From Nitrosospira multiformis ATCC 25196 (GTDB lineage Bacteria; Pseudomonadota; Gammaproteobacteria; Burkholderiales; Nitrosomonadaceae), in assembly GCF_000196355.1 (NCBI RefSeq), contig NC_007614.1:2160001-2192000 (forward strand): 32,000 nt of DNA, read 5' to 3'. The stretch's first letter is position 1. Each line of letters opens with the position of its first letter. A program made the translations under genes and the position numbers. Shown piece after piece: positions 19,615-27,706 of this stretch. The notes beneath the pieces were generated by a model. The model saw only the letters and a program-made list of their open reading frames with translations, was not told the DNA's origin and made no database searches.

Positions 19615-19726
19615 CCCCTGCAAAACGGCAGCTGGATGAGGCAACCTTTGCGCGTATGTTTGATATGAACCTCTCGGCAAGCCGGGCCGCTACACCGGCC
19701 TGCTCTTCCCTCTTGTCGGCGTTCAT
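17846..19726 (-). CDS. S8 (subtilisin-like) serine protease with C-terminal Ig-like domains, paralog B
   Basis: Same triad motifs as paralog A (TIAILDSGVD, GHGTKVAG, GTSFSSP); signal-like AGAILAVLLGLGPVISSAEP; RBS AAAGGAG before ATG. Confidence 0.94.
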   Translation of the reverse strand: MNADKREEQAGVAARLAERFISNIRAKVASSSCRFAGAILAVLLGLGPVISSAEPPEGRGPGMNKPVGWAKGRILVMPRAGLPEKELAKVLGEHGGKGRKIGQSDLYIVDLPGNASEKAVAARLAHHPALKFAEIDQEVEPALIPNDPYYGSAWHLPKIGAPSAWDSSLGSGVTIAILDSGVDSTHPDLATELVPGWNFYENNSNTSDVYGHGTKVAGAAGAAGNNALGVASVAARAKIMPIRVSGSDGYATWSAISQGLIYAADRGVRVANASFLGLTDSASTRSAAQYLKNKGGLVIVSGGNTGVQQNYAATTSMIPVSATDGNDVRTSWSSYGNYIALAAPGAGIWSTTKGGGYGAVSGTSFSSPVTAGVVALMMAAKPTLSNTQIESLLYSTAVDLGTPGRDPYYGYGRVNAARAVQAAAGTTLTADTQAPAVSITSPAGGSSVTGLVGVNVAASDNVGVTRVELRVNNTTVAVDTTAPFAFTWDSAGVANGMANLTAYAFDAAGNSKASTTVSVNVANGTTTVARDTTAPQVKIVNPVTGNVSGSNVAISVNASDDSGASGITCTLYIDGVLKATGKGSTLGYSWNTRPSNVRAGAHTIWTVARDAAGNTASASVNVTVIK

Positions 19727-20190
19727 GTTCGACTCCTTTCTAATTGTGAAAAATCAAGTTCCAAAAAAACAGCAATAAATCTGCCGGTCGTTACGTTCAT
19801 GACACGTCACTGCGCCTTTCCATAGAAATCTGGAAATAAGCAAGCCAATACTTATCCAATCCGGGGTTGCTGATTGAGATGCACCACTCTGGCCCGAAGC
19901 TGGAGTTCCGAGACTCCTGCCGGAATATCAATCGAGCTAGCGGCTCGCGCCGTAGCCTGCAATGGAATGGTCCAGGGAATTAGCTGAAGAAATTTTCTGT
20001 GACCTCATGGGCAAATCGAGCTGCCACAAAACAAACTGACAAACTGAATGGGTTCCTGCAGAACAGTGCTCTCTCAAATATTTCTTTTGTTGTTTCCAGT
20101 CCCTATCTTTTCCAATAAATGATCAGCTTGAGCCCGTTTGAAGCATTTTTTATGCCAGTCCTGCTTTTTTAGCTAAAACAGACACTTGAG

Positions 20191-20351
20191 GGGAAGCGGG
20201 TTCCCTTTGACCGTCGCCTTCCGGCGACGCAGAAATGAGCGGTAGAGGATAAATTCTTGAGAATAAGGGGATGTGAGTGTCGTTGAAGAACGACGAGACT
20301 ATGACGGATGAAGTCCGGGGGTAAGGAATATCTCTGGGGATAAGGATTATC
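20191..20351. other. Dense cluster of short hairpins, unknown function
   Basis: GGGAA(GCGGG)TTCCC 20191-20205; CGTCGCC(TTCC)GGCGACG 20212-20229; ATTC(TTGA)GAAT 20253-20264; GTCGTT(GAAG)AACGAC 20279-20294; CGGA(TGAAG)TCCG 20305-20317; GATAA(GGA)TTATC 20339-20351. Confidence 0.45.
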
Positions 20352-20427
20352 TTCTGGCCTAACCGTACCGCTTATCCATTCACAGCTCGCCAAAAAACTC
20401 CATAACGGGTCCGGTCGTTATCGGGCG

Positions 20428-20919
20428 CTACTCTGTAGTGGCACGGACGAATGTTCCCGTCACGGTCACTATTCCCGGTTCGGGCAAGGCTTCAATCCGG
20501 CCCTTTTCGAAACGCACGCGCTGTAACTGCATTGCTACAGTCCACTTCAGCCAGTCCGCGAAGGGCACAGCCTTAAACGTGACCTGGACCTGATCATCCC
20601 CCAGTGCATCAATGCCATTCAAAGCATGAGAAAGTCCGAGGATGTCTGCCTGGGTTTGCGCGAGCGCATGCAAATCGCCGGATAAGGGGGGCGGAGATGG
20701 AGTAACCTTTATACGCTCGTACTCGGCCGCCTGTTGCTCGAACTCTTCCGCCTGGACGCGCAGTTGCGGAAGGTTCGAGCGCAATCGGGTACGCGCCCTG
20801 TCCGCCGAGCTGACCAGCCCCAGATAAAGTCCCGCGCTCAAAATCATTCCCAATATTGTGATGACCCGCCGCTCCCGGGGAGAGCGTGATTCCCATGCTT
20901 TCCGCAGCTGTTTCCTCAC
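20428..20919 (-). CDS. gspM: Type II secretion system protein M
   Basis: 163-aa ORF with one N-terminal TM helix and GspM-like pattern (RERRVITILGMILSAGLYLGLV...), in gsp operon context. Confidence 0.8.
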   Translation of the reverse strand: MRKQLRKAWESRSPRERRVITILGMILSAGLYLGLVSSADRARTRLRSNLPQLRVQAEEFEQQAAEYERIKVTPSPPPLSGDLHALAQTQADILGLSHALNGIDALGDDQVQVTFKAVPFADWLKWTVAMQLQRVRFEKGRIEALPEPGIVTVTGTFVRATTE

Positions 20920-22172
20920 GGAGTCGTCACCACGAGCACAACGATTCCGGCACCCCCGTCTGTCGGTGCCGGGTTGATATCGACACTCAGATCGTTTTCC
21001 CGCAACCGGGCGGCAATACGGTTCGCGAGTCCTTCCTCCGCGGCCAGCTCAAGCGCTATTCTCCCGCTATCATAGGAAATCGCATGCAGACTGCCAGAAG
21101 CCAGTTCGCTCAATGCCGGTCCCACTGTTTTGATCATGGGCAAGAAATCGGCCGTATCGGGAACGCCTGCCGCATGCCGCGCTTCGATGAGCTTTCGCCG
21201 CATCTGTAGCGCAGGGTCCACTACCGCGACCGCAGCCGGAAATAGGGCGCGAAACCGGGTTTCCATTTGCTGATGCAAGGCACGCTCTTCATTGGCAAGC
21301 AATGCCCAGTCAGCGGCAACGGCCAGGGAATGGAGCACCAACGCTGCCGCGCCGATCCAGACTGCCGGGCGCAGACGTGAAAGAAGTCCCCTGAAAGGAG
21401 GCCAGCGTCTGTGTTTCTGCAGCAAGCTGATACTGGATTGCTGAGCCCCGCGCCAATCCCAGGTCCCCGCAATGTATACAGGAATGCCGAGCACCCGTTG
21501 CCACGCTTCGATATCTGGCGCTGCCGCAGGATTCTTCATGATCTCACCGGCACTCTCCTCAAATGTCATTGCGCCTTCAGGCTCAATTGTATAGAGCGCG
21601 ATGGATGCCGGTCTCGCTCCATGCCTTTCCGCATCTTCGAGCATGAGATGCAATGACAACGGAGGAGACGCATCGCCTCCGCAATCTGTTGCTCCCCCTT
21701 CAAACTCGCCGGTGCGCACAAAACCTTCCCGGCCCTCCCAGGCGAAACTCCATTCTCCCGGCGTCCATGGCAATAACAGTGTTTCGCAGTAAATTTCATC
21801 CACTTGGATAGCAGCTGCCTGCAGCGCATCGAGACACTGCGTCAACCTTTTCTTATCCACTGCCGCGAGTATGTCCTCGCCTCCAGCGGAACCGATCCAG
21901 CTCACTTGATTAGCCTCAGGCTCACGCAGCATTTCTTCTTCGACCGCAAACGCCAGTACTGACCCAGGCTGCCGCCTCGCAGCGTCAGGTAAGCGAGCCC
22001 GTGTGAGCAAAACCTGGGCAGCTGGAATGATCAACTGGACAGAACTCGCGTTTTTCGGCAGATCAGCTATCTGCCCCTCCCCTGTCAAGGGCAATCCATC
22101 ATCGCCCGTCCATATCCACTGGCAACTCAATGATTCCTCCAGAAGAGGACACCGGATTCTTAGCAGGCTCAT
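20916..22172 (-). CDS. gspL: Type II secretion system protein L
   Basis: 418-aa ORF with GspL features (VIPAAQVLLTRARLPDAARRQPGSVLAFAVEEEML) and central TM; 4-nt overlap with gspM. Confidence 0.88.
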   Translation of the reverse strand: MSLLRIRCPLLEESLSCQWIWTGDDGLPLTGEGQIADLPKNASSVQLIIPAAQVLLTRARLPDAARRQPGSVLAFAVEEEMLREPEANQVSWIGSAGGEDILAAVDKKRLTQCLDALQAAAIQVDEIYCETLLLPWTPGEWSFAWEGREGFVRTGEFEGGATDCGGDASPPLSLHLMLEDAERHGARPASIALYTIEPEGAMTFEESAGEIMKNPAAAPDIEAWQRVLGIPVYIAGTWDWRGAQQSSISLLQKHRRWPPFRGLLSRLRPAVWIGAAALVLHSLAVAADWALLANEERALHQQMETRFRALFPAAVAVVDPALQMRRKLIEARHAAGVPDTADFLPMIKTVGPALSELASGSLHAISYDSGRIALELAAEEGLANRIAARLRENDLSVDINPAPTDGGAGIVVLVVTTP

Positions 22173-23083
22173 GAATATTTACGCCAGACAATAACGGGCC
22201 ACCCGCCCTCCTCACGGTTAAGGAGGACCACTCCCCCGGCATGGGCTTCGCCGATAACTACACTGAGTGCCGCAAGAAAATAATTGCTACTGGTGCCAAT
22301 ATCGTTTTCCTCCACCGCAGCGCCCTGAGGAAGACGATTGAGAAAATCGGCATGATCACGAAAATGGGCGCGCGCGCGCTGGAAAGTCAATATGCGGGCA
22401 TTTCCAATTCCCAGACCCTCAACAATGGCAGCAAGCACTTCGGGGGGCGCCGTATTGACATTGACAGTGGTAAAGCTCGGCAGGGCCGTCACGAACGGAC
22501 GCAAACGCGCGCGGATATCCCTGTTGAAACCGCGAATGCGGGCCAGTTCCGCTACATCGGTCAAGGGCCTGTTGGCAGTAAGGTAAGAAGGGTTCAGCAC
22601 ACTGTAATATTCATCCTCGGCGCCGTGCTGGGGACGAGGTTCGCTGTCCACGTCTATCCAGTCAGCCAATGCATCGGCAAGCGCATCCGGCAAATCGAGC
22701 AAGGCCAGCAAGCGCTTGAAGTAAGCAAGCTGTGTCGCACTGATTTTTCCATCGGGAGCCAGGTTGTTCAGATTGAACAAGCCCTGCTGATCGTGGATGT
22801 GGCCCGTGAGTTCACCGTTTTCAATGGGCATCGCCGGAATCTGCAATGCCCAGGGTTCGCCCAGGTGATCGACGCTGCCCATCCGGCCATCATCGCTCAG
22901 CACAGCGCGGACCCAGTCCACCCCCGCCTTGACCATCGCCTGCGCCTGAACGTAATCCTGCGCAAGCTCGCTTTGCCGTGACCAGATACCCTGTGCGGTA
23001 ATGATCGCTGTTGCGGTTATCGACGCGAGCGCCACGACACCCATGGCAAGCACGACTGCTACCCCACGTTGTCCTGTTCTCAT
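22169..23083 (-). CDS. gspK: Type II secretion system minor pseudopilin K
   Basis: RGVAVVLAMGVVALASITATA leader; GLFNLNNL, DALADWIDVDSEPRPQHGAEDEYY, NVNTAPPEVLAAI; 4-nt overlap with gspL. Confidence 0.93.
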   Translation of the reverse strand: MRTGQRGVAVVLAMGVVALASITATAIITAQGIWSRQSELAQDYVQAQAMVKAGVDWVRAVLSDDGRMGSVDHLGEPWALQIPAMPIENGELTGHIHDQQGLFNLNNLAPDGKISATQLAYFKRLLALLDLPDALADALADWIDVDSEPRPQHGAEDEYYSVLNPSYLTANRPLTDVAELARIRGFNRDIRARLRPFVTALPSFTTVNVNTAPPEVLAAIVEGLGIGNARILTFQRARAHFRDHADFLNRLPQGAAVEENDIGTSSNYFLAALSVVIGEAHAGGVVLLNREEGGWPVIVWRKYS

Positions 23084-23087
23084 GATG

Positions 23088-23708
23088 TCATTGGAAAATA
23101 CGTTCTATTTCCTCCCCCGAAGCAAGGGCAATGCGCAGGCGCACGGCTTGGGGAATGGAAGAAATCGTAGACACCGGCGCGTCAGGCGCTCCACTTGGCC
23201 ATGCATTCACCCAGGCACGATTTGCGGTAAGATACTGCAACTCCATTTTTGCCACCCCGCTCAATACCGGATAACGCATGGCAACTGTCCGGGGACCGAT
23301 GTCGAGACCAGGCCACAACCAAAGCTCGATTTCCCGTTTATCATTCAACTGGTAAGCAATCCGCCGTGCGGCATCCGTTTCTTCGATGGAACCCAGACGA
23401 CTGAATTCCATGTAAGGCAACAAGCCTCCATCCGGCGCCGCTTTAATCACTCCGCGCCAGGCCGGCAGGACGCCTGAGCCGGTTCGAACCGGACGCGGTA
23501 TCGCAAGTTGCACATCATGCTCAAACCTTGTGAGGAATAAATCTATGCGGCGCCATTTTTCAGTTTCCCGCCTGACATACTCTTGCGCGTCGAGTATCGC
23601 TCCAAGTCCACGATAAGACATCACTGCCAGCAAAGACAGAACAGTCAGCGCAACCAGCAGCTCAATCAGGGTAAATCCCCGGAATCCGGTTTCACGCATG
23701 GATTTCAT
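23088..23708 (-). CDS. gspJ: Type II secretion system minor pseudopilin J
   Basis: Prepilin leader FRGFTLIELLVALTVLSLLAVMSYRGL plus FLTRFEHDVQLAIPR. Confidence 0.92.
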   Translation of the reverse strand: MKSMRETGFRGFTLIELLVALTVLSLLAVMSYRGLGAILDAQEYVRRETEKWRRIDLFLTRFEHDVQLAIPRPVRTGSGVLPAWRGVIKAAPDGGLLPYMEFSRLGSIEETDAARRIAYQLNDKREIELWLWPGLDIGPRTVAMRYPVLSGVAKMELQYLTANRAWVNAWPSGAPDAPVSTISSIPQAVRLRIALASGEEIERIFQ

Positions 23709-23824
23709 GGAAATGGATTACGAATACCTTCCTCGCCGGGGACACGAAGGCACTAAGTCATAGGAGCGTTGAGCAGCATCTTCCATCCCATATAAGCTGC
23801 CATCGTCCTGTTCCGGCAGCTTGC

Positions 23825-24232
23825 TCACGGATTCCCCGGGACTGCCGGTTGCGCCAGATATCCTGTCAGATGCGCAAGCAGGTGCGATTCCCCAGCAGGC
23901 GCAAATACCGAAATATTGGCTCGCCGGAATGAGGGATTTGCGGTTTCGGTAATATCCGCCCGCCACGTGAAATCCATGTTTCCTTGTTTTGCTGTTCCAC
24001 GATATGTGCCCGGCGACGGCCAGGCGCCGCGGGTACGCTGCTCTGCCAGGAAATTTTCCGCAACCCATCCCGCCAGCAGTCGCGAGCGCAATTCGCCGAC
24101 AGTGAGCGTGCCCTGCCCTGCAACACGCAATGCGGCCATGAGAGCAACCGCAATGATTGCCAGTGCGACCAGAACCTCAACCAGCGTGAATCCACGGCCT
24201 CTACCGCAGCTGCCCGGATATGATTTCATCAT
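23825..24232 (-). CDS. gspI: Type II secretion system minor pseudopilin I
   Basis: MMKSYPGSCGRGRGFTLVEVLVALAIIAVALMAALR...NFLAEQRTRGAWP; start trimmed from 24307 to an ATG before the prepilin leader. Confidence 0.88.
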   Translation of the reverse strand: MMKSYPGSCGRGRGFTLVEVLVALAIIAVALMAALRVAGQGTLTVGELRSRLLAGWVAENFLAEQRTRGAWPSPGTYRGTAKQGNMDFTWRADITETANPSFRRANISVFAPAGESHLLAHLTGYLAQPAVPGNP

Positions 24233-24719
24233 TCGGCCTTCCCTCTCCCGGCAATGCCTGCACATCGCCGACCGGAGATCCTGTGACTGTATAGCGCTCC
24301 GTCCCAAAAGATATCTTTATGGCATAAGCCGGCATGAAACCGTGAGGATTGAACTCCAGTCGCATAAAATCTGCTGGCGACATCTCGATCAACATGCCCG
24401 CGATCTTCATACCCTGCGGAAATGTTCGTTCCCCGAAGAGATCATTGTTACGAATTTCCGACCAACCGGCACCCCATTGATTCCCCCAGAACCGATAGCT
24501 TGCGCCGTCTGTTGTCCAGGCGAGAGATCTTCCTGACATACGCGCCTCGGTTCCCGCCAGGTCAAGGAGTTGCGCCAGCCGTTCCGCTTCGACGCGAAGA
24601 AGAGCTCGTTCGTCCGGTCGCACGGTGCTGCTGATCAGTCCGGCAAAAAGCCCGATGATCACCAGTGCGACAAGCACTTCGAGGAGCGTGAATCCGCCTC
24701 CGGCTTTTATCTCAGTCAC
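24201..24719 (-). CDS. gspH: Type II secretion system minor pseudopilin H
   Basis: MTEIKAGGGFTLLEVLVALVIIGLFAGLISSTVRPDERALLRVEAERLAQLL. Confidence 0.88.
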   Translation of the reverse strand: MTEIKAGGGFTLLEVLVALVIIGLFAGLISSTVRPDERALLRVEAERLAQLLDLAGTEARMSGRSLAWTTDGASYRFWGNQWGAGWSEIRNNDLFGERTFPQGMKIAGMLIEMSPADFMRLEFNPHGFMPAYAIKISFGTERYTVTGSPVGDVQALPGEGRPNDEIISGQLR

Positions 24720-24733
24720 GAATCCTGTTGGCC

Positions 24734-25258
24734 TTACAGGTTCCAGGAGCCGATATCCGCATCGTTACCGTCTCCCCCGCGGGCGCCATCTGCCCCGAAA
24801 CTGAAAACATCGATTTCGCCGTGAACCCCGGGGTTCAGGTATTGATAAGGGTTGCCCCAGGGATCCTTCGGAAGGCGCTCGACATATCCTCCGGCTTTCC
24901 AATTGGGTGGAATCGGTGGATCGGTCGGCTTCGTTACCAGCGCCTGCAATCCCTGTTCAGTCTTGGGGTAGCGATGGTTGTCGAGGCGGTACAGCTTGAG
25001 CATCTGCATCAAGCTTGCGACATCCTGTTTTGCTGCGATGATACGCGCTTCGTCAGGGCGGCTGATGATTTTCGGCACCACCATTACAGCGAGAATTCCT
25101 AGAATCACGACCACCACCATGACCTCGAGCAAAGTAAAGCCGCTCTGCCTTCCGGGCCGTCCATACTCTGAGGCGATCAAATGGCCTGGAGCTTGTTGTC
25201 TTTCAGAGAGTAGATTGGAACCAGATTTCTCCATCATTTTTACGTAAATACCCATCAA
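24734..25258 (-). CDS. gspG: Type II secretion system major pseudopilin G
   Basis: RQSGFTLLEVMVVVVILGILAVMVVPKIISRPDEARIIAAKQDVASLMQMLKLYRLDNHRYPKTEQGLQALV...DPWGNPYQY; the true start may be internal to the 174-aa ORF. Confidence 0.95.
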   Translation of the reverse strand: MMGIYVKMMEKSGSNLLSERQQAPGHLIASEYGRPGRQSGFTLLEVMVVVVILGILAVMVVPKIISRPDEARIIAAKQDVASLMQMLKLYRLDNHRYPKTEQGLQALVTKPTDPPIPPNWKAGGYVERLPKDPWGNPYQYLNPGVHGEIDVFSFGADGARGGDGNDADIGSWNL

Positions 25259-25618
25259 AAAACGGACAAAATGGAACGAAGATTACCCAAGAAATTGTTC
25301 ATTGTCGATTCCGGTTTTGCACCATGGCACGCGCCTCCCGATCTGTCCTCCTAATCCACGTCTCGATGCAGCGCAACATTGGCCTCGCCGATAAAAATTT
25401 TCAGCTGCCTCAGGAAGTGACGTCAACAATAATCTCAAAAAAAACATATCCCTTATTCGCCAAACAGGAATAAATTAACGCTCATTTTGCATGTTTAGAA
25501 TCAGGGAAGCCGGAAAACAAATGACAGACGGGAACAACGCCTGCAGTTGCATCAAGCACGGAATTTTTCATACGTAGCAATTTTCATTATCAAACTTCTA
25601 AAGGGGAATACACTTATC

Positions 25619-27457
25619 ATGCCAATATCATCATTAAAGGGCACCTGCATCTACAGATATGTTTCTATCGTCGCCATGGCGGCCCTGTTCCACCCGGGAG
25701 TCAGTCTTGCTGGTGGAAACGAAGTCAACTTCTCGCTCACCGATAACCCTGCCCGCTGGTTTGATACCGGCACAACAATTGCCGGCACGCGCTCGCTGGC
25801 CGTGGCAAAACCGGGGGTGCGGGTAAATTTTTCAGGGAATTCAAACACGGTTCACACCCGAACCAGCGTAATTTATCCAACAGGCGCAGCGGGTATGCCG
25901 TTTAACACCCCGCCAAGAAAAAGCGGAGACAGCGTTACCTTGAAAACCCCCGGTTTGTATGTCTTTACCTGCAGTATCCATCCCTACATGCTAGGGGCCG
26001 TCATTGTCGATGACCCGAATACGAGCGGGCTGGATTTGGGGAATTCTATCAGCTTGATCAACGGCATCACGGTTCCAAGCAGCAGTGATCTCGCCACCCG
26101 TTTGCTGCACACCTTCTTTGTCGCGACCAATCCGGCAAACTGGCAGAATTACGCCTCCAATACGCCCTGGCACATCACCTATCCAAATGTGGATGTGCGG
26201 GTGGACATAGGCGTAGTCAATCTACCTACCGTGCTCAATGCCCGCTATGGGAATGATCGCGCCCTGGAGCCTCTCCAGAATCCGGTCATGCCGGCAGTGG
26301 GCGAAGTATGGGTGGCAACGCAGTTCGAAACCGCTTCCGGCAAATCCAAGCCAGGCACGGTCACCGCCGTAAGCGGCGCAACGTGGCAGGTAACTCGAAA
26401 GGTCGCATTGCCGTCGATCAACATGAATAACGCGCACAACATGTGGACCGATAGAAATCAGAATGTCATTTACGCGACCCAATGGTTCGACAGTAAATTG
26501 GCTGTCTATGACCGACAGACAGGAGCATTGATTCGCAATGTGTCGGTAGGAGAAGCGCCGGCTCATGTGATGACGCGGACGGACACCGACGAGCTTCATA
26601 TCACAAACAATGGTGATACGCGGACAGACTCGGTCATGGAACTTGCGCCACTTGCCACCGGAGTGGAGCGGCGTATAGATATCGGGCGGGGAAATGCTCA
26701 TGCCCACTGGATGAGCCATGATGGAAAAAAAATGGTTACCCCGAATGTCCTCACGGGGGATACCACAGAGTATAGCTTCGGCTCGAACAGTGTCGAGTCC
26801 ATTCTGCCCGCGAGCACCCCCTTTGGGCACCCGCTGGCCACGGGAATGATGCCGGATGCCAGCAAGTATTATGTGGCCAACATGCTGGACAACACGATGA
26901 CGGTGGTCAACATGAATACTCATGCCGTTATCAAGACCATCAATCTGATTGCCAACTATAACCCGGTTACCGGCGCGATTACCGGTCCTGTAGGCGCTCT
27001 GCCGATTCAAACTCCTGTCTCTCCGGACGGCAAAAACATGGTGACCGCCAATATGCTCAGCGGGACCATTACCGTGATCGATACTCGTCCCGGCGTACCA
27101 ACTTCAGATGCGGTTGTTGCCATGCTTCCATGTGATCCCGGCTGCCATGGCGTGCAATATGGCGCCAAGCAGGGAGGGGGATACTATGCCTATGTTGCGA
27201 GCAAATTTTCGAATAGATTACTCGTCGTCGATCCCGATCCAAATGGAGATGGGAATCCGTCGGATGCTGTAATTGCAGGAAAAGTAGGACTTTTCGCGTC
27301 TGCCGGAACTCAGCGTGATGCCACCATTACCGGGAATCCGGGGATGGGAGGTCAAGGCGTCCTCCCGGTCCCCGTCATCTACAATGGGTGGGTTCAGAAT
27401 TTACCTGCCGCATGGAAAAGCCAGTTGACAGCTGCTCAACAGAACCCGGCCCAGTAG
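25619..27457 (+). CDS. Secreted cupredoxin domain fused to a seven-bladed (YVTN-like) beta-propeller
   Basis: Cupredoxin signature GNSNTVHTRTSVIYPTG...GLYVFTCSIHPYMLGAVIVDD, followed by repeating blade motifs (NVIYATQWFDSKLAVYD, KYYVANMLDNTMTVVN, NMVTANMLSGTITVID, YYAYVASKFSNRLLVVD). Start set at ATG 25619 after AAGGGG. Confidence 0.85.
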   Translation: MPISSLKGTCIYRYVSIVAMAALFHPGVSLAGGNEVNFSLTDNPARWFDTGTTIAGTRSLAVAKPGVRVNFSGNSNTVHTRTSVIYPTGAAGMPFNTPPRKSGDSVTLKTPGLYVFTCSIHPYMLGAVIVDDPNTSGLDLGNSISLINGITVPSSSDLATRLLHTFFVATNPANWQNYASNTPWHITYPNVDVRVDIGVVNLPTVLNARYGNDRALEPLQNPVMPAVGEVWVATQFETASGKSKPGTVTAVSGATWQVTRKVALPSINMNNAHNMWTDRNQNVIYATQWFDSKLAVYDRQTGALIRNVSVGEAPAHVMTRTDTDELHITNNGDTRTDSVMELAPLATGVERRIDIGRGNAHAHWMSHDGKKMVTPNVLTGDTTEYSFGSNSVESILPASTPFGHPLATGMMPDASKYYVANMLDNTMTVVNMNTHAVIKTINLIANYNPVTGAITGPVGALPIQTPVSPDGKNMVTANMLSGTITVIDTRPGVPTSDAVVAMLPCDPGCHGVQYGAKQGGGYYAYVASKFSNRLLVVDPDPNGDGNPSDAVIAGKVGLFASAGTQRDATITGNPGMGGQGVLPVPVIYNGWVQNLPAAWKSQLTAAQQNPAQ

Positions 27458-27506
27458 CAGCTTGTAAGATTATTACCTGGGGTAGAAAACTCCAGGCAAT
27501 GGAAAG

Positions 27507-27533
27507 CGGTGAGATGGCTCGACTGTCTCACCG
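27507..27533. terminator. Candidate hairpin between convergent genes
   Basis: CGGTGAGA-11 nt-TCTCACCG perfect 8-bp stem; no clear U-tract. Confidence 0.35.
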
Positions 27534-27706
27534 GCTCTCTGTATTTCCTCCTGTTCACATACTAAAAACTGGGATGCACTCAGGCAAGATTGGCCGCAGC
27601 ACCTCGACAGAACTACCTAGATGCCACTGCGACAGCCATCGTCACATCACCCATGCGCCACGCAGGCGACATCCTGTTATCTTCGAGGCAGCTGCAGGCA
27701 CATCGT

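Noticed and set aside
23718-24068. 116-aa minus-strand ORF between gspJ and gspI
   Set aside because: Overlaps gspI out of frame; gspI carries the prepilin signature, so this frame is probably spurious.
25325-25350. TGGCACG before the cupredoxin-propeller gene as a possible sigma-54 site
   Set aside because: The -24 half is present (CATGGCACGCGCC) but no TTGC follows at the right spacing.
26222-27010. 262-aa minus-strand ORF opposite the cupredoxin-propeller gene
   Set aside because: Long but entirely antisense to a strongly supported secreted protein; the His-rich look is a reverse reading of the propeller repeats.
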